DNA of 64,000 bases, taken from the NCBI GenBank assembly GCA_016177405.1, contig JACOVG010000024.1:7079-71078 (forward strand), read 5' to 3'. Within the stretch, counting starts at the first letter, position 1. Each line of letters opens with the position of its first letter. Below are positions 1 through 10,175 of this stretch, in pieces. The notes under the pieces were generated by a model. The model saw only the letters and a program-made list of their open reading frames with translations. It searched no databases and was not told the origin of the DNA. This stretch comes from Candidatus Omnitrophota bacterium. Its GTDB lineage: Bacteria > Omnitrophota > Gorgyraeia > 1-14-0-20-64-10. The translations under genes and the position numbers were made by a program.

Positions 1-1
1 A

Positions 2-451
2 TGGATGGCCGACGCCCCCCTTTTCACGATCCCCTTCCTGGGCGGGGGGATGCGCGCGGCCGGCTACGTGCCGGTGAAGCGCGGCGACCCCAAAGCGGCC
101 CTGCGCAGCCTGGAACAGGCCAAGGAGTGGCTGGCGAAGGGAATCTCCGTCTTCATCTTTCCGGAGGGGACCCGCAGCCGCACCGGAGGGTTCGGGCGGT
201 TCCTGACCGGCGGATTCCGCCTGGCCGTCACCACCGGCACCCCGATCGTTCCGGTGGTCCTCGTGGGGAGCCGACAGCTTTTGCCCCGGGGAGGCTGGAT
301 CTTCCGATGGTGGGCGAGGCTTAAGATCCATGTTCTGCCCGCGGTCACCCCGGCCTCCTCGAATGCGAGCCAAGTGCGCGGGCTCGCCCGCCAGGTCCGG
401 GCGCAGATGGCCCGGGTGTACCGCCAGCATCTGAAGGAAATAAGAAGGTGA
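2..451 (+). CDS. plsC: 1-acyl-sn-glycerol-3-phosphate acyltransferase (PlsC family), 5'-truncated by window edge
   Basis: FPEGTRS motif and PIVPV block typical of LPLAT acyltransferases. Confidence 0.85.
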   Translation, partial: WMADAPLFTIPFLGGGMRAAGYVPVKRGDPKAALRSLEQAKEWLAKGISVFIFPEGTRSRTGGFGRFLTGGFRLAVTTGTPIVPVVLVGSRQLLPRGGWIFRWWARLKIHVLPAVTPASSNASQVRGLARQVRAQMARVYRQHLKEIRR

Positions 452-1401
452 GAGGTGAAGGGTTGTCATTGCGAGCCCCGCAGGGGCGAAGCAATCTGGT
501 TTTTAGATTGTTTCAGGTACTTTGTACCTTCGCGATGACGGCCGCTCTCCTTTCTCCTTTCAGCGGTCATCCCTCACCCGCTTGCGCGCAGGAGAGCCGC
601 GTGGGCGTGCTTATCCTGGCCCACGGCGGCGCGACCACCTGGAACGCGCAGGTGCAGGAGGCCGTCGTGGAGGCGGACCTCGGCCTGCCCACGGAGATTG
701 CCTTTGGCATGGGGATGGAACCCCGTGAGGCGGACCGCGTTCGGGAAGCGGTGAACCGGCTCACGGCGCGCGGCGTTCACGAGATCCTGGCGGTGCCGTT
801 TCTGATTTCCACCCATTCGAGCGTCTACCGCCAGTACGAGTATCTCTTGGGCCTAAGAAGGGAGCCCTCTTGGCCGGACCATCCGGTCAAGCCGGTCGAG
901 CTCACGATGCCGGTCCGCCTTGTTCAGGCGCTGGACGATTCCCCTTGGACGGGCGAGATCCTGCTCGCGCGGGCCCTGGCGTTGAGCGAGGACCCCTCCC
1001 GTGAGGCGGTGGTGCTGGTGGCGCATGGACCGGAGGAGGAAGCGGACAACGCCTCCTGGATGGAGGTCATGCAAAGACTGGGAGCGGATCTTCTGGCCAG
1101 AGGCGGTTTCGCCGCGTTCAGGGCGGCGACCCTTCGGGATGACGCGGAACCCAAAATCGAGGAGCAGGCGGTCCGGCAGTTGAGGGAAGAGGTCTCCTCC
1201 TTGTCCGGCTCCCTGCGGGTTCTGGTGGTCCCGCTGTTGATCAGCCAGGGGGGCATCGAGGAGAAGATCCCGGAGTGCCTGAAGGGGCTTCGCTACCGCT
1301 TTTCCGGCCAGGGGCTTCTGCCGCACCCGTACGCGGCCCGCTGGATCAGGGAGAGGGTGGAGTCAGCCTTTCCTGAAGCGGCCGCCGGCGGCCTGACCTA
1401 A
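448..1401 (+). CDS. Exported CbiX/SirB-like class II chelatase-fold protein (alternative start ATG 535)
   Basis: Two chelatase-like halves (LILAHG...VPFLIS and LVAHGP...VVPLLIS) and a signal-peptide-like N-terminus. GTG overlaps the plsC stop. Confidence 0.7.
   Translation: MRGEGLSLRAPQGRSNLVFRLFQVLCTFAMTAALLSPFSGHPSPACAQESRVGVLILAHGGATTWNAQVQEAVVEADLGLPTEIAFGMGMEPREADRVREAVNRLTARGVHEILAVPFLISTHSSVYRQYEYLLGLRREPSWPDHPVKPVELTMPVRLVQALDDSPWTGEILLARALALSEDPSREAVVLVAHGPEEEADNASWMEVMQRLGADLLARGGFAAFRAATLRDDAEPKIEEQAVRQLREEVSSLSGSLRVLVVPLLISQGGIEEKIPECLKGLRYRFSGQGLLPHPYAARWIRERVESAFPEAAAGGLT
465..539. repeat. REP-like inverted palindromic pair, family 1 (GTCATTGCGAG...CGAAGCAATCT / AGATTG...TCGCGATGAC)
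   Basis: Same motif recurs at 2765, 7649, 12490, 17335 and 62691. Confidence 0.75.
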
Positions 1402-1599
1402 AACAGCGGCCGCGATCACCAGAGGAACCGTCGCGTAAGGGATCTTCAGGGTGATCCTCAAGGCGATGACCAGTGGGATGGGAAGGTGAATCGCCACCCA
1501 CCAGGGTGCGGAGAACTTCCGGAATCCCTTCCGCCACCACCCGAAGGGCAGGTTGATCAGGAAGGTGGCCGCCAGAACCAGTAACAACTTAACCAGCAT
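1363..1599 (-). CDS. Small membrane protein (78 aa, hydrophobic)
   Basis: MLVKLLLVLAATFLINLPFGWWR...WWVAIHLPIP; ATG at 1599, divergent from the peptidase. Confidence 0.65.
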   Translation of the reverse strand: MLVKLLLVLAATFLINLPFGWWRKGFRKFSAPWWVAIHLPIPLVIALRITLKIPYATVPLVIAAAVLGQAAGGRFRKG

Positions 1600-1623
1600 A
1601 ACGCGTATGATATCATACCCACC

Positions 1624-2757
1624 ATGACCGACGTCAACTCGGCAATTCTCATTGTGGCGGCAAGCGAAACCGACGCCAATCTTTATTACGCCACCGGCTT
1701 CTGGGCGCCGGACCCCTTCATCTTCACCCGGATCGGCGGCCGCAGGATCCTGATCATGAGCGACCTGGAGCTGGACCGGGCCAAGGCCGAATCCAAGGCC
1801 GACGAGGTTCTCTCCCTCTCCAAGCTCCAAGCCGAGGTTAAACAGAAAACCCAAAGCCCGCCCGGCACCGCCGAGGTCTTGGACTGCCTATTCAAGGAAC
1901 GGCAGGTGAAGGAGGTCAAGGTGCCGGGCAATTTCCCGCTGGGGCTGGCCGACCGGCTCCGGGCCAAGGGTTACACCCTGACCGTCGGCCCAGAGCCCTT
2001 TTTCCCCGAGCGGACGGTCAAAAACCCCGACGAGGTGGCCGCCATCCGGGAGACCCTGCGGTTGACCGAGGAGGCCCTGGAGTCCGCCATTGAGGTCATT
2101 CAAGAATCGGAGGTGAAGGGTGACGAGCTTTGGCTGCGCGGGAAACCGCTCACCTCGGAGCTTGTCCGAAAGCTCCTGCACCTGACCCTGATGGGCTCCG
2201 ACTGCCTGGCCCGCGAGACGATTGTGGCGGGCGGCCGGCAGGCCTGCGACCCCCATGGCATCGGATCCGGCCCCTTAAAGGCCCACTGGCCGATTGTCCT
2301 GGACGTTTTTCCGGTCTCCGCCAAGACCCGCTACTATGCCGACATCACCCGCACGGTGGTGAAGGGCAAGGCCGCGCCCAAGGTCAAGAAGATGTACGCG
2401 GCGGTCCAGGCAGGGCAGGAGATTGCTTTTTCCAAATTAAAGGCAGGGGTGGACGGCAAGGCAATCCACACCGCGATCCTCGATCTATTCGAGAAAGAGG
2501 GCTTCCGCACTGGCGAGATGGACGGCCGGATGCAGGGTTTCTTCCATGGCACCGGCCACGGCCTGGGGTTGGAGATTCATGAGCCGCCCAGGATCAGCTC
2601 CGGCGGCGAGATCCTTCAGGCGGGCCAGGTGGTGACGGTGGAGCCGGGCCTCTACTATCTGGATGCCGGCGGCATCCGCCTGGAGGACGACGTCCTCATC
2701 ACTGCCGCCGGCTGTGAAAACCTCACCACCTTCCCCAAGCTCCTCGAGCTGACTTAG
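1624..2757 (+). CDS. Xaa-Pro aminopeptidase / M24 family metallopeptidase
   Basis: ADITRT, HGTGHGLGLEIHE, TVEPGLY and GIRLEDD metal-binding motifs. Confidence 0.95.
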   Translation: MTDVNSAILIVAASETDANLYYATGFWAPDPFIFTRIGGRRILIMSDLELDRAKAESKADEVLSLSKLQAEVKQKTQSPPGTAEVLDCLFKERQVKEVKVPGNFPLGLADRLRAKGYTLTVGPEPFFPERTVKNPDEVAAIRETLRLTEEALESAIEVIQESEVKGDELWLRGKPLTSELVRKLLHLTLMGSDCLARETIVAGGRQACDPHGIGSGPLKAHWPIVLDVFPVSAKTRYYADITRTVVKGKAAPKVKKMYAAVQAGQEIAFSKLKAGVDGKAIHTAILDLFEKEGFRTGEMDGRMQGFFHGTGHGLGLEIHEPPRISSGGEILQAGQVVTVEPGLYYLDAGGIRLEDDVLITAAGCENLTTFPKLLELT

Positions 2758-2764
2758 ATAACCA

Positions 2765-2796
2765 GTCATTGCGAGGCCTTCAGGCCGAAGCAATCT
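2765..2796. repeat. REP-like element, family 1
   Basis: GTCATTGCGAGGCCTTCAGGCCGAAGCAATCT. Confidence 0.75.
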
Positions 2797-2814
2797 CGTT
2801 CTTTGTTAATTGAC

Positions 2815-2863
2815 ATAAAGTTAGATATTATTTCTTGTTTTTTGGGCTGGATTCAGCCATACT
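2815..2863 (+). promoter_or_regulatory. Putative promoter of GLEE protein 1 (ATAAAGTTA box; TTGTTT-17bp-CATACT)
   Basis: Same architecture upstream of the second GLEE gene (20082-20129). Confidence 0.5.
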
Positions 2864-2887
2864 TTTTGTATCTTACCGACTAAACCC

Positions 2888-5800
2888 ATGAGAAGAAACC
2901 CACTCTCAAGCAGGATCATCGCTTCCATCCTGGCCGGCGCCCTTTTCCTGCCCGCCACTGATGCGTCGGCGGGCAGGCCTGCCGGGCCCTCCCATGCCCT
3001 GCGGGAGACCCAAGAAGATCCTGGCACCCTTCAGGCGATCTCCGCCAAGCTCCAGAAGTCCACTGGTTTGGAGGAGCGGCCCAAGGGATTGCCTGGCAAG
3101 GGAATGTCTGGTTTTGAAGGGGCGGCGATTCAGAGTCTCCTTTTGATGGCGATGGTTGGGGCGCATAAGGCAGGAAACCTGGCGGAGATCATTCAGGGAG
3201 AGGAAGGGGAAGTTATTCTTGGTCCCAATGAGGTTGAACGCCTTTTTCAGCGCCCCGAAGTGATGGAGCGCCTGCCCTCCAAGGATGGAAAGCCGCATAA
3301 ATTTTCGGTTTGGTTGAACGGATTGATTTCCGGAAGTGCCTACAACGCTTCGATGAACATCCGGTTGATCAATTCCGGCTTGAACGATCTCTTCCGGTCG
3401 GTAAGAGCGTCGGACGGAGGAATCCCTAACGATGAGGATGATGAATTTTGCACCTGGCGGTTAAGGGACGCGGCCGTCTTGTTCAAGGAGGCTGGCATTC
3501 GGAATCTTCAATTGGTAAGGACCAAGACATACAAGAAGCCCCTGCTTGACAGGGTGGAGAAGTCCTTGCAGGGACTGCTTGCCCAATACCGGCAAAGAAA
3601 AGCGGAAGGGAAGAAGGTGTCGTCAGGGCAGATTAAACTCACTCCGTCAACCGCCGATTTGAGAACCTTGGGTGAGGATGGGATGAATCGCCGCGCGGCC
3701 AATAATTTTTTACTGCAGGCCTTTAAACCTCCCCGACAGGAAACAGCCCAGGCGTTTTTCGATGAATTTGGAATCACAGGGATCGAGATAGTGCTCTCCG
3801 GCAGGTCCTCGTCCTCCCCGAGGAATCCCCCGCGGGCCGGTGCTTCGGCTCGGCTCAGCACAGGCCTGGAGGAGGCAAGCGGCAGGGCCAAGGCGGACCG
3901 GCGGGCCGAGAGATTGGCTGGAGTTTTGCGCGCGAAGGTCGCGGCGCTGAACGATCCGAAGGAGGCCTTTCGATACCAGATTCATCCTGGCGGGATCCTG
4001 AAGCTGGCGCCTCCGGACGCGGCGAAATATTTGGCCAGGATGGCAAATCTAAGTCAGATTGCGGCGAACGATGCCTTGCGGAAAGCGATCAATCGCCACA
4101 ATCAAGAGGCCTTCGCGAGAAAGAAGAAGGATCATGCCGTCTCCAGCTTGGAAGGAAAAGGGATTCGCCGGTTGGAGATCGCGGTCTTAGGCGAAGTCTA
4201 CAACCCCGTGACCGTTGGGCAAGAGGTTTTCCGTGTGATTCATGAGACCCTGGGGAATCTTCGCGGCAGTATTCCCAAGGAGGTTGGAATCGTTGAGATC
4301 GCCGGATCCGACATCTCCGAATTCACCGAGGGGCAAGTCAGGAGAGATGTGCTCAATCCCAATCGGAATTTTTCGCTGGGTAAAGCCATACAAGAGGAGA
4401 TGAATCGGCTGCTTGAGAACCCTGGCGGCAGGATGATGAGGAAAGAGTTCGGCGTAACGCAATTCAGCGTTGTTCCGGCCAACAGGAGTCCTTGGCTTAG
4501 ACGGGTTCGAGAGTGGGAGGCGTACCGGGCCAACTTGGCCAAGGGCGAGGTTTCCGGTTCGACGGTTCCCCAGCCCAAAAGGCCGGCCGCCGATTTTGCC
4601 TTGGCGGCCAGTGAGATTATCCACAACCTGACAAAGAAACCAGCTCTTCTGGCCAGGCAGCGGGGGTGGATGGATAAGACGATGGGCGATGGATCCACCG
4701 GCCGGCCTTTCCAGGCGTTCCTGCACAGCGTGGTGGCCGCCTGGTTTTCAAACGGGACCATCGGCGTGGCCACCCTGCGAAGCAGAGAAGATTACCGGCA
4801 GGCGGTCAACCTCCTTTTGGAAATGGCTTTTCGCGGGACGTGTGATCTTGGAAGTTTCCAAGGCCCTGACAGCGTGAAAGAGCGGGTGATAGAGGCTGTC
4901 GCGCGCCTTGAGAAGGCAAGACAAGGCGGTGGGTTGGATGGAGCCGCCGAACAGGATGAACTGGTCCGGCTATGGGAAGAGGCGAAGGCGTTCCGAGACG
5001 GCCCTTTGAAGCTGACCGGGATTCGGATCGGCCCACTGCCTTATGGCACAAAGCTTGAGGACCGCTTACGAGAGATGAATCCGGCGACGCTCGCGGTCAA
5101 GGCACAGCCCCGGCGGGTCGGGCCCTGGAGGAGGTCGCCGACGGTGGTGGCCGGTGCCATCGCCAGAGGACTTCTTAGAACGAAAAAAGGTTCAGAGATT
5201 ATCCGGATGGAGGAGGGGATCCTGCAGAGGGCCGCTCCGGAAGCCCGCGATCGCCCTCTTTACCTTCTTTTGAGGCCCTCCTGGGCCGACAAGTTCTTAA
5301 ACGACTCTGGGGTGGATGGAAATCCCGCTTTGCTCGATACGGTCAACAAGGTTTTCCGCCTGGCCTTTGGATGGGAAGACCCCTTTTTCGGGGTAGAGCC
5401 AAACAGCCAGGAGGAAACGGAGCTGGTGGAGCTTTTTGCCAGGTGCATTTTGTCTGCTCCGCGCCAACTGCAGGAGGATTTGATCAACAGCGCCGGCGAC
5501 GAGGTGGCCGGGAGGATGGCCTCCCTTAAGAAGGAGAGAAAAAGCCAGCGGAGACCCCTGCAGGAAAAGAAGTTCCTTGATTTCTGGGAGGCCATCAAGG
5601 ATCTGAAAGAGATCGAAAATATGATAGGCATCGTCATCGAGCAGGTGGGTCCAAAGGGGTTTCCTGAAGAGCGTTTTTTGAGGTTAAACTGGCTTGGCCC
5701 GGTTGAGGCATCGCCCATGGAGTGGGATTCTAAAGACGTCTTCTCCCTGGAGGCAGCGGGCACCGGAGATGGCGCGCGCCAACCCCAGAAACCTTCGTTT

Positions 5801-7627
5801 CCAGACAACGAGTGGCTGGCGCTGGAAGCTGCCGTGAAGCAGGGTCGTCTCAGGTCCGGGGCGCCCATCTGGCACCCTGGGACAGGGCAGACGGGTGTTG
5901 TTGAGAGGATCGAAAGGAACGGTTCGGCGCTTCCTCAAATTCAGGTCAGGCTGAATTGGAAGACAGCTATTTTGGGGGGTCCGACAGGCCATTTGCTCTT
6001 GAATGGGGTGGAGCCGGAGGTCTCTGTTCCACTGCCTAAGCCGGAGCGTTTTTCCAAGGAGCTTGATCTGGCAGTCCGCAGAACAAAGGCGTGGGAAAAG
6101 GTTCCCTTCTCGCGAATCCGTCGGGCTTTTAAGCGCGCGTTGGAAGATTTGCCCTCGCCGAACCCGTCCGCCGATTGGGTCGTATTCCTGACCAGAGCCC
6201 ACCTGATGGGCGGAAGTAAGAGGGCGGTCCTGGATTTCTTTCCGGCCTTGCCGCAGCGGCTCCTCGACAGGATTTTTCTTTTGCAGGAGATTCACCCCAA
6301 GAGGGCCGATGTCTGGGACCCCTTGGTAGAGTTGGATCCCAGATGGAAGGAGCGGGTTGTTCTATACGAGAGCGTTGAGGAAACTGTCAGCAGGGTCAGG
6401 CCTGATAGAGGGAACCTGACGCCGCTGATGCGGCAGCTCGTCCGAGTTGAAAATCTTAAGGTGGTTGCCCGCGAGGCCTTGGGTCTTAAAAGAGCCCTGC
6501 CGCTGGTTGTCTCCATTGGAGAGCCAGCCAGGAAGAGCCGATCCAAGAGTCCGAAAACTGTTCCCCTTTCTTCCGAGCTCGCCAAGCTCATGGAATCCGA
6601 CGGGATCAAGGTGGTGTCTCTTGAGTACGACAAAGAAAGAGAGGCCTTCTTCATGGACCTCCTGACCGCCCTGGGGTTTTCCGATGAGGATGTTGCGGCC
6701 GCCAAAGATAAAATCACCGCGGCGCTGGTTAAGGTTTTAGAGAAAACAGCCGCTGCAGGCGTTCCGGCTCCGGCGGGACTTGGGGCCGGGCTGGAAGAGA
6801 ACCCGATGTTCGAGCCGGGAGGGTCCAGGTGGAATCCGGCGTACGGTGCCCGGATTCAGGAGGATGCCCGCTGTCTTCTGGTTGGCGTGAAGGGCGAGGT
6901 AAGGTCCGCCAAGGGACGGCAACGTCTCTGGATTCGGCTTCATCCCGGGGGGATGCTCAAGCTCGGCCAAGGTTACGTTGCGAAGCTTATTGAAGAAGGG
7001 AGCAGATCCGGGCGGACAGTCAGGCAAGTTTCTCTTGGGCGCAAGACGCCCCATGGCAATGGCCTTGGAGAGGAGCTTGCGAAGATCTTCCGGCTTGACG
7101 GATCGGCAGGGCAAAAACTCGAGACTCAAGCGCGAGCCCTTAAAGAGGAAGGCATCGAGGGCATCCAGATCGTCAGCGAGGTGGATTCTCTCAATGACCG
7201 CAGGATGTTGGCGGCCGCCCTGAAGGAACTTCGGCCTGCTGTAAACGGCGCGCTCCGCAAGAAGAAGTCCAAGATCGCCACCGCCATCGTCAGAAGAGAA
7301 GACGGGAAGTTAAGCATCACCTGGTCTTCTTTCATGAAGCTGTTGGGGATCAATAGGATGAGGAGCGGTAAGGTCGTTGAGGATCTGGGGCCTCCCAAGC
7401 GGATAAACCGATTGGCCAAAGAGGTTTTCCAGAATGGCGCGATTCCTCAAGGCGGGTGGGGATCTGAAAAGGAAGCGGCCTCTTTCCTCGCGGATGTCAC
7501 CCGGTTCAAGAAGGCCGGCATTATCTCTTTCGAGATTTCAATGCCTTCTGGTTCGCGGGAAGCGACGGGATTAGAGGAGAGAACGAAGGAGCTTTACCGG
7601 GCGCGCGAGCTGGATTCCAAGGCCTAG
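2888..7627 (+). CDS. Large exported modular hypothetical protein (1579 aa) with four GLEE linker motifs
   Basis: Long ORF with signal peptide (MRRNPLSSRIIASILAGALFLPATDASA). GLEE at 3065, 3863, 6788 and 7568. No recognisable enzyme family. Confidence 0.8.
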   Translation: MRRNPLSSRIIASILAGALFLPATDASAGRPAGPSHALRETQEDPGTLQAISAKLQKSTGLEERPKGLPGKGMSGFEGAAIQSLLLMAMVGAHKAGNLAEIIQGEEGEVILGPNEVERLFQRPEVMERLPSKDGKPHKFSVWLNGLISGSAYNASMNIRLINSGLNDLFRSVRASDGGIPNDEDDEFCTWRLRDAAVLFKEAGIRNLQLVRTKTYKKPLLDRVEKSLQGLLAQYRQRKAEGKKVSSGQIKLTPSTADLRTLGEDGMNRRAANNFLLQAFKPPRQETAQAFFDEFGITGIEIVLSGRSSSSPRNPPRAGASARLSTGLEEASGRAKADRRAERLAGVLRAKVAALNDPKEAFRYQIHPGGILKLAPPDAAKYLARMANLSQIAANDALRKAINRHNQEAFARKKKDHAVSSLEGKGIRRLEIAVLGEVYNPVTVGQEVFRVIHETLGNLRGSIPKEVGIVEIAGSDISEFTEGQVRRDVLNPNRNFSLGKAIQEEMNRLLENPGGRMMRKEFGVTQFSVVPANRSPWLRRVREWEAYRANLAKGEVSGSTVPQPKRPAADFALAASEIIHNLTKKPALLARQRGWMDKTMGDGSTGRPFQAFLHSVVAAWFSNGTIGVATLRSREDYRQAVNLLLEMAFRGTCDLGSFQGPDSVKERVIEAVARLEKARQGGGLDGAAEQDELVRLWEEAKAFRDGPLKLTGIRIGPLPYGTKLEDRLREMNPATLAVKAQPRRVGPWRRSPTVVAGAIARGLLRTKKGSEIIRMEEGILQRAAPEARDRPLYLLLRPSWADKFLNDSGVDGNPALLDTVNKVFRLAFGWEDPFFGVEPNSQEETELVELFARCILSAPRQLQEDLINSAGDEVAGRMASLKKERKSQRRPLQEKKFLDFWEAIKDLKEIENMIGIVIEQVGPKGFPEERFLRLNWLGPVEASPMEWDSKDVFSLEAAGTGDGARQPQKPSFPDNEWLALEAAVKQGRLRSGAPIWHPGTGQTGVVERIERNGSALPQIQVRLNWKTAILGGPTGHLLLNGVEPEVSVPLPKPERFSKELDLAVRRTKAWEKVPFSRIRRAFKRALEDLPSPNPSADWVVFLTRAHLMGGSKRAVLDFFPALPQRLLDRIFLLQEIHPKRADVWDPLVELDPRWKERVVLYESVEETVSRVRPDRGNLTPLMRQLVRVENLKVVAREALGLKRALPLVVSIGEPARKSRSKSPKTVPLSSELAKLMESDGIKVVSLEYDKEREAFFMDLLTALGFSDEDVAAAKDKITAALVKVLEKTAAAGVPAPAGLGAGLEENPMFEPGGSRWNPAYGARIQEDARCLLVGVKGEVRSAKGRQRLWIRLHPGGMLKLGQGYVAKLIEEGSRSGRTVRQVSLGRKTPHGNGLGEELAKIFRLDGSAGQKLETQARALKEEGIEGIQIVSEVDSLNDRRMLAAALKELRPAVNGALRKKKSKIATAIVRREDGKLSITWSSFMKLLGINRMRSGKVVEDLGPPKRINRLAKEVFQNGAIPQGGWGSEKEAASFLADVTRFKKAGIISFEISMPSGSREATGLEERTKELYRARELDSKA

Positions 7628-7648
7628 AGAGATCTCGTTTTTCAAAGC

Positions 7649-7690
7649 GAGATCGCCACGCCCCCGCCTATGGCGGGGGCTCGCGATGAC
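7649..7690. repeat. REP-like element, family 1, overlapping the leuD 3' end; possible terminator role between convergent genes
   Basis: GAGATCGCCACG-CCCCCGCC-TAT-GGCGGGGG-CTCGCGATGAC. Confidence 0.7.
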
Positions 7691-8291
7691 GGTTTTGAAA
7701 TGGGCGCTTAGCTTCAAATGAAGTAATCTCGCTTTCGCGCTTAAGGGTGAGGCCGATCTCATCCAGCCCGCGGATCAGGTGCTCCTTCACCCCGCCGTCC
7801 ATCTCGAAGTGGAAGGAGATCTCCTCCGGCAGGTGTAAGGTGACCCGCTGTTCCTCCAGGTTGGCCGTGGCTGTAAGCCCCTTGCAGCGCCCCGCCATCT
7901 GAAAAATCTCCTCCACCTCGGCCTCGGTCAGCGTGAGGGTGAGCAGGCCGTTTTTCACCGAGTTGTTCCGGAAGATGTCGGCGAAGCCGGCGGCGATCAC
8001 TGCTTTAAAACCGTACTGCTGGATGGCCCAGACCGCGTGCTCCCGCGAGGAGCCACAGCCGAAGTTGTTCCGCGCCACCAGGATGGAAGCCCCCTGGAAC
8101 TCCGGCCGGTTCAGCTCGAACTGGGGGTTGGGTTTGCCATCGGCCAGAAACCGCCAGTCGTGAAACAGGCCCTTCTCGAAGCCGGTCCGGCCGATCGCCT
8201 TCAAAAACTGCTTGGGGATGATCTGGTCGGTGTCCACGTTGGAGCGGTCCAGCGTGGCGATGAGGCCCTTATGCGACCGGAAAGGGGTCAT
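7668..8291 (-). CDS. leuD: 3-isopropylmalate dehydratase small subunit
   Basis: [14 protein letters not shown] and [11 protein letters not shown]; start coupled to the leuC stop (ATGA). Confidence 0.95.
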   Translation of the reverse strand: MTPFRSHKGLIATLDRSNVDTDQIIPKQFLKAIGRTGFEKGLFHDWRFLADGKPNPQFELNRPEFQGASILVARNNFGCGSSREHAVWAIQQYGFKAVIAAGFADIFRNNSVKNGLLTLTLTEAEVEEIFQMAGRCKGLTATANLEEQRVTLHLPEEISFHFEMDGGVKEHLIRGLDEIGLTLKRESEITSFEAKRPFQNRHREPPP

Positions 8292-9688
8292 GCCCATGTT
8301 CGGATGTCCACGAAGCGGCCGGCGATGGCGGCGGCGGCGGCCATCTCCGGGCTCACCAGATGGGTCCGGCCTCCCTTGCCCTGGCGGCCCTCGAAGTTCC
8401 GGTTGGAGGTGGAGGCGCACCTCTGGCCGGGCTTCAGCTGATCCGGGTTCATCCCCAGGCACATGCTGCAGCCGGCAAAGCGCCAGTCGCATCCGGCCTC
8501 CTTGAAGACGCGGTCCAGCCCCTCGGATTCGGCCTGGCGGCGGACCTGCTCGGAGCCGGGCACCACCAGGACCTGAACGCCGTCCGCCTTCTTGCGGCCC
8601 TTCAAGATCTTGGCCGCCGCGCGCAGATCCTCGATCCGGGCGTTGGTGCAGCTTCCGATGAAGACCACATCCAGCTTCAGGCCGGTGATCGGCGTGCCGG
8701 GGACAAGCCCCATGTAGGCCAGGGCCTGCTCGACATCCTTGCGGGCCATCCCGGGCACCTGATCCGGCTGGGGCACGCGCCCGGTGATATCCACCACCAT
8801 CCCGGGGTTGGTCCCCCAGGTGACCTGCGGGGCGATTTGACCGGCGTCGATCGTGAGCTCTTTGTCGAATTTCGCCTCCGGGTCGCTGGGCAAGGTCCGC
8901 CAGCAGGCCAGCGCCTTCTCCAGCTCTTTGCCCTGCGGGGCGAAGGGCCGGGCGCCGGAGGCGAGGTACTCGAAGGTGGTATCGTCCGGGGCGATCATCC
9001 CGGCCCGGGCGCCGGCCTCGATGGACATGTTGCAGACCGTCATCCGGGCCTCCATGGAGAGGCCCCGGATGGCCGGGCCGCAGTACTCGAAGACATGGCC
9101 GGTTCCCCCGGCGGTGCCGATGGCGCCGATCAGCTTCAGGATCATGTCCTTGGCGGTCACGCGGGGCTTGAGGTTTCCGGCGAACTCCACCTTGAAGGTG
9201 AGCGGTTTCTTCTGGCGCAGGCACTGCGTGGCCAGGACGTGCTCCACCTCGGAGGTGCCGATCCCGAAGGCGAGGGTGCCGAAGGCGCCGTGGGTGGAGG
9301 TGTGGGAGTCGCCGCAGACGACGGTGGCCCCGGGCAGGGTGAGCCCCAGCTCCGGGCCGATGATGTGGACGATTCCCTGCTTGTCGCTGGCCAGGTCGTA
9401 GAGGGCGATGCCGAACTCGGCGCAGTTCTTGGCCAGGGCCTCGATCTGGGCGCGGGAGATCGGGTCCGCGATGGCAAGCCGGTCTGATGTGGGGACGTTG
9501 TGGTCCATGGTGGCGAAGGTGAGCTCCGGCCGCCGGACCTTGCGGTTGGCCAGGCGCAACCCCTCAAAGGCCTGGGGGCTGGTCACCTCGTGCACCAGGT
9601 GCCGATCAACGTAAAGCAGGGCATTCCCATCGGGCAGGGCGGCCACGATGTGGGAGTCCCAGATCTTCTCGAAGAGGGTCTTAGGCAT
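8288..9688 (-). CDS. leuC: 3-isopropylmalate dehydratase large subunit
   Basis: [47 protein letters not shown] and [12 protein letters not shown]. Confidence 0.97.
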   Translation of the reverse strand: MPKTLFEKIWDSHIVAALPDGNALLYVDRHLVHEVTSPQAFEGLRLANRKVRRPELTFATMDHNVPTSDRLAIADPISRAQIEALAKNCAEFGIALYDLASDKQGIVHIIGPELGLTLPGATVVCGDSHTSTHGAFGTLAFGIGTSEVEHVLATQCLRQKKPLTFKVEFAGNLKPRVTAKDMILKLIGAIGTAGGTGHVFEYCGPAIRGLSMEARMTVCNMSIEAGARAGMIAPDDTTFEYLASGARPFAPQGKELEKALACWRTLPSDPEAKFDKELTIDAGQIAPQVTWGTNPGMVVDITGRVPQPDQVPGMARKDVEQALAYMGLVPGTPITGLKLDVVFIGSCTNARIEDLRAAAKILKGRKKADGVQVLVVPGSEQVRRQAESEGLDRVFKEAGCDWRFAGCSMCLGMNPDQLKPGQRCASTSNRNFEGRQGKGGRTHLVSPEMAAAAAIAGRFVDIRTWA

Positions 9689-10175
9689 CCGGCTTGCGCT
9701 CGTAGGTGATGAAGCTGTAGGCGTAAGGATTCTCCGGATCGGCCTGGTGGTCTTCACGCGAGGTTTGGGCCCAGATTGCCGGGTCAACCGGGAAGAGGAA
9801 CCGGTCTCCCTCGAAGTCTTGGTGAAGCCGCGTGAGATAGATCCTGCCGGCCAGCGGCAGGGCCTCCCGGTAAAGGGTTTCCCCGCCGATCACAAAAACC
9901 TCCTCCTCATCCCGGCAGCGCTCCAGGGCTTCTTCGAGGGAATGGGCGATCAGACAGCCGCTGGCCTTAAGGCTTGGCTGGTTCGTGACCACGAGGTTGG
10001 TTCTGCCCGGCAGGGGCTTGCCGATCGACTCGAAGGTTTTCCGGCCCATGACGACCGGATGGTTCAGGGTGAGCGCCTTGAACCGCTTCAAATCGGCAGG
10101 CAGCCGCCAGGGAAGATGGTTGTCGATCCCGATGGCGCCGTTGGCGGAGGCGGCGCAGATTAAGGAGAGAATCAT
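9681..10175 (-). CDS. folA: Dihydrofolate reductase
   Basis: [29 protein letters not shown] and VIGG; adjacent to thyA. Confidence 0.97.
   Translation of the reverse strand: MILSLICAASANGAIGIDNHLPWRLPADLKRFKALTLNHPVVMGRKTFESIGKPLPGRTNLVVTNQPSLKASGCLIAHSLEEALERCRDEEEVFVIGGETLYREALPLAGRIYLTRLHQDFEGDRFLFPVDPAIWAQTSREDHQADPENPYAYSFITYERKPDA

Noticed and set aside
7668-9224. 518-aa ORF suggesting an extended LeuD
   Set aside because: The extension is an alternate frame of leuC; LeuD homology begins at 8291
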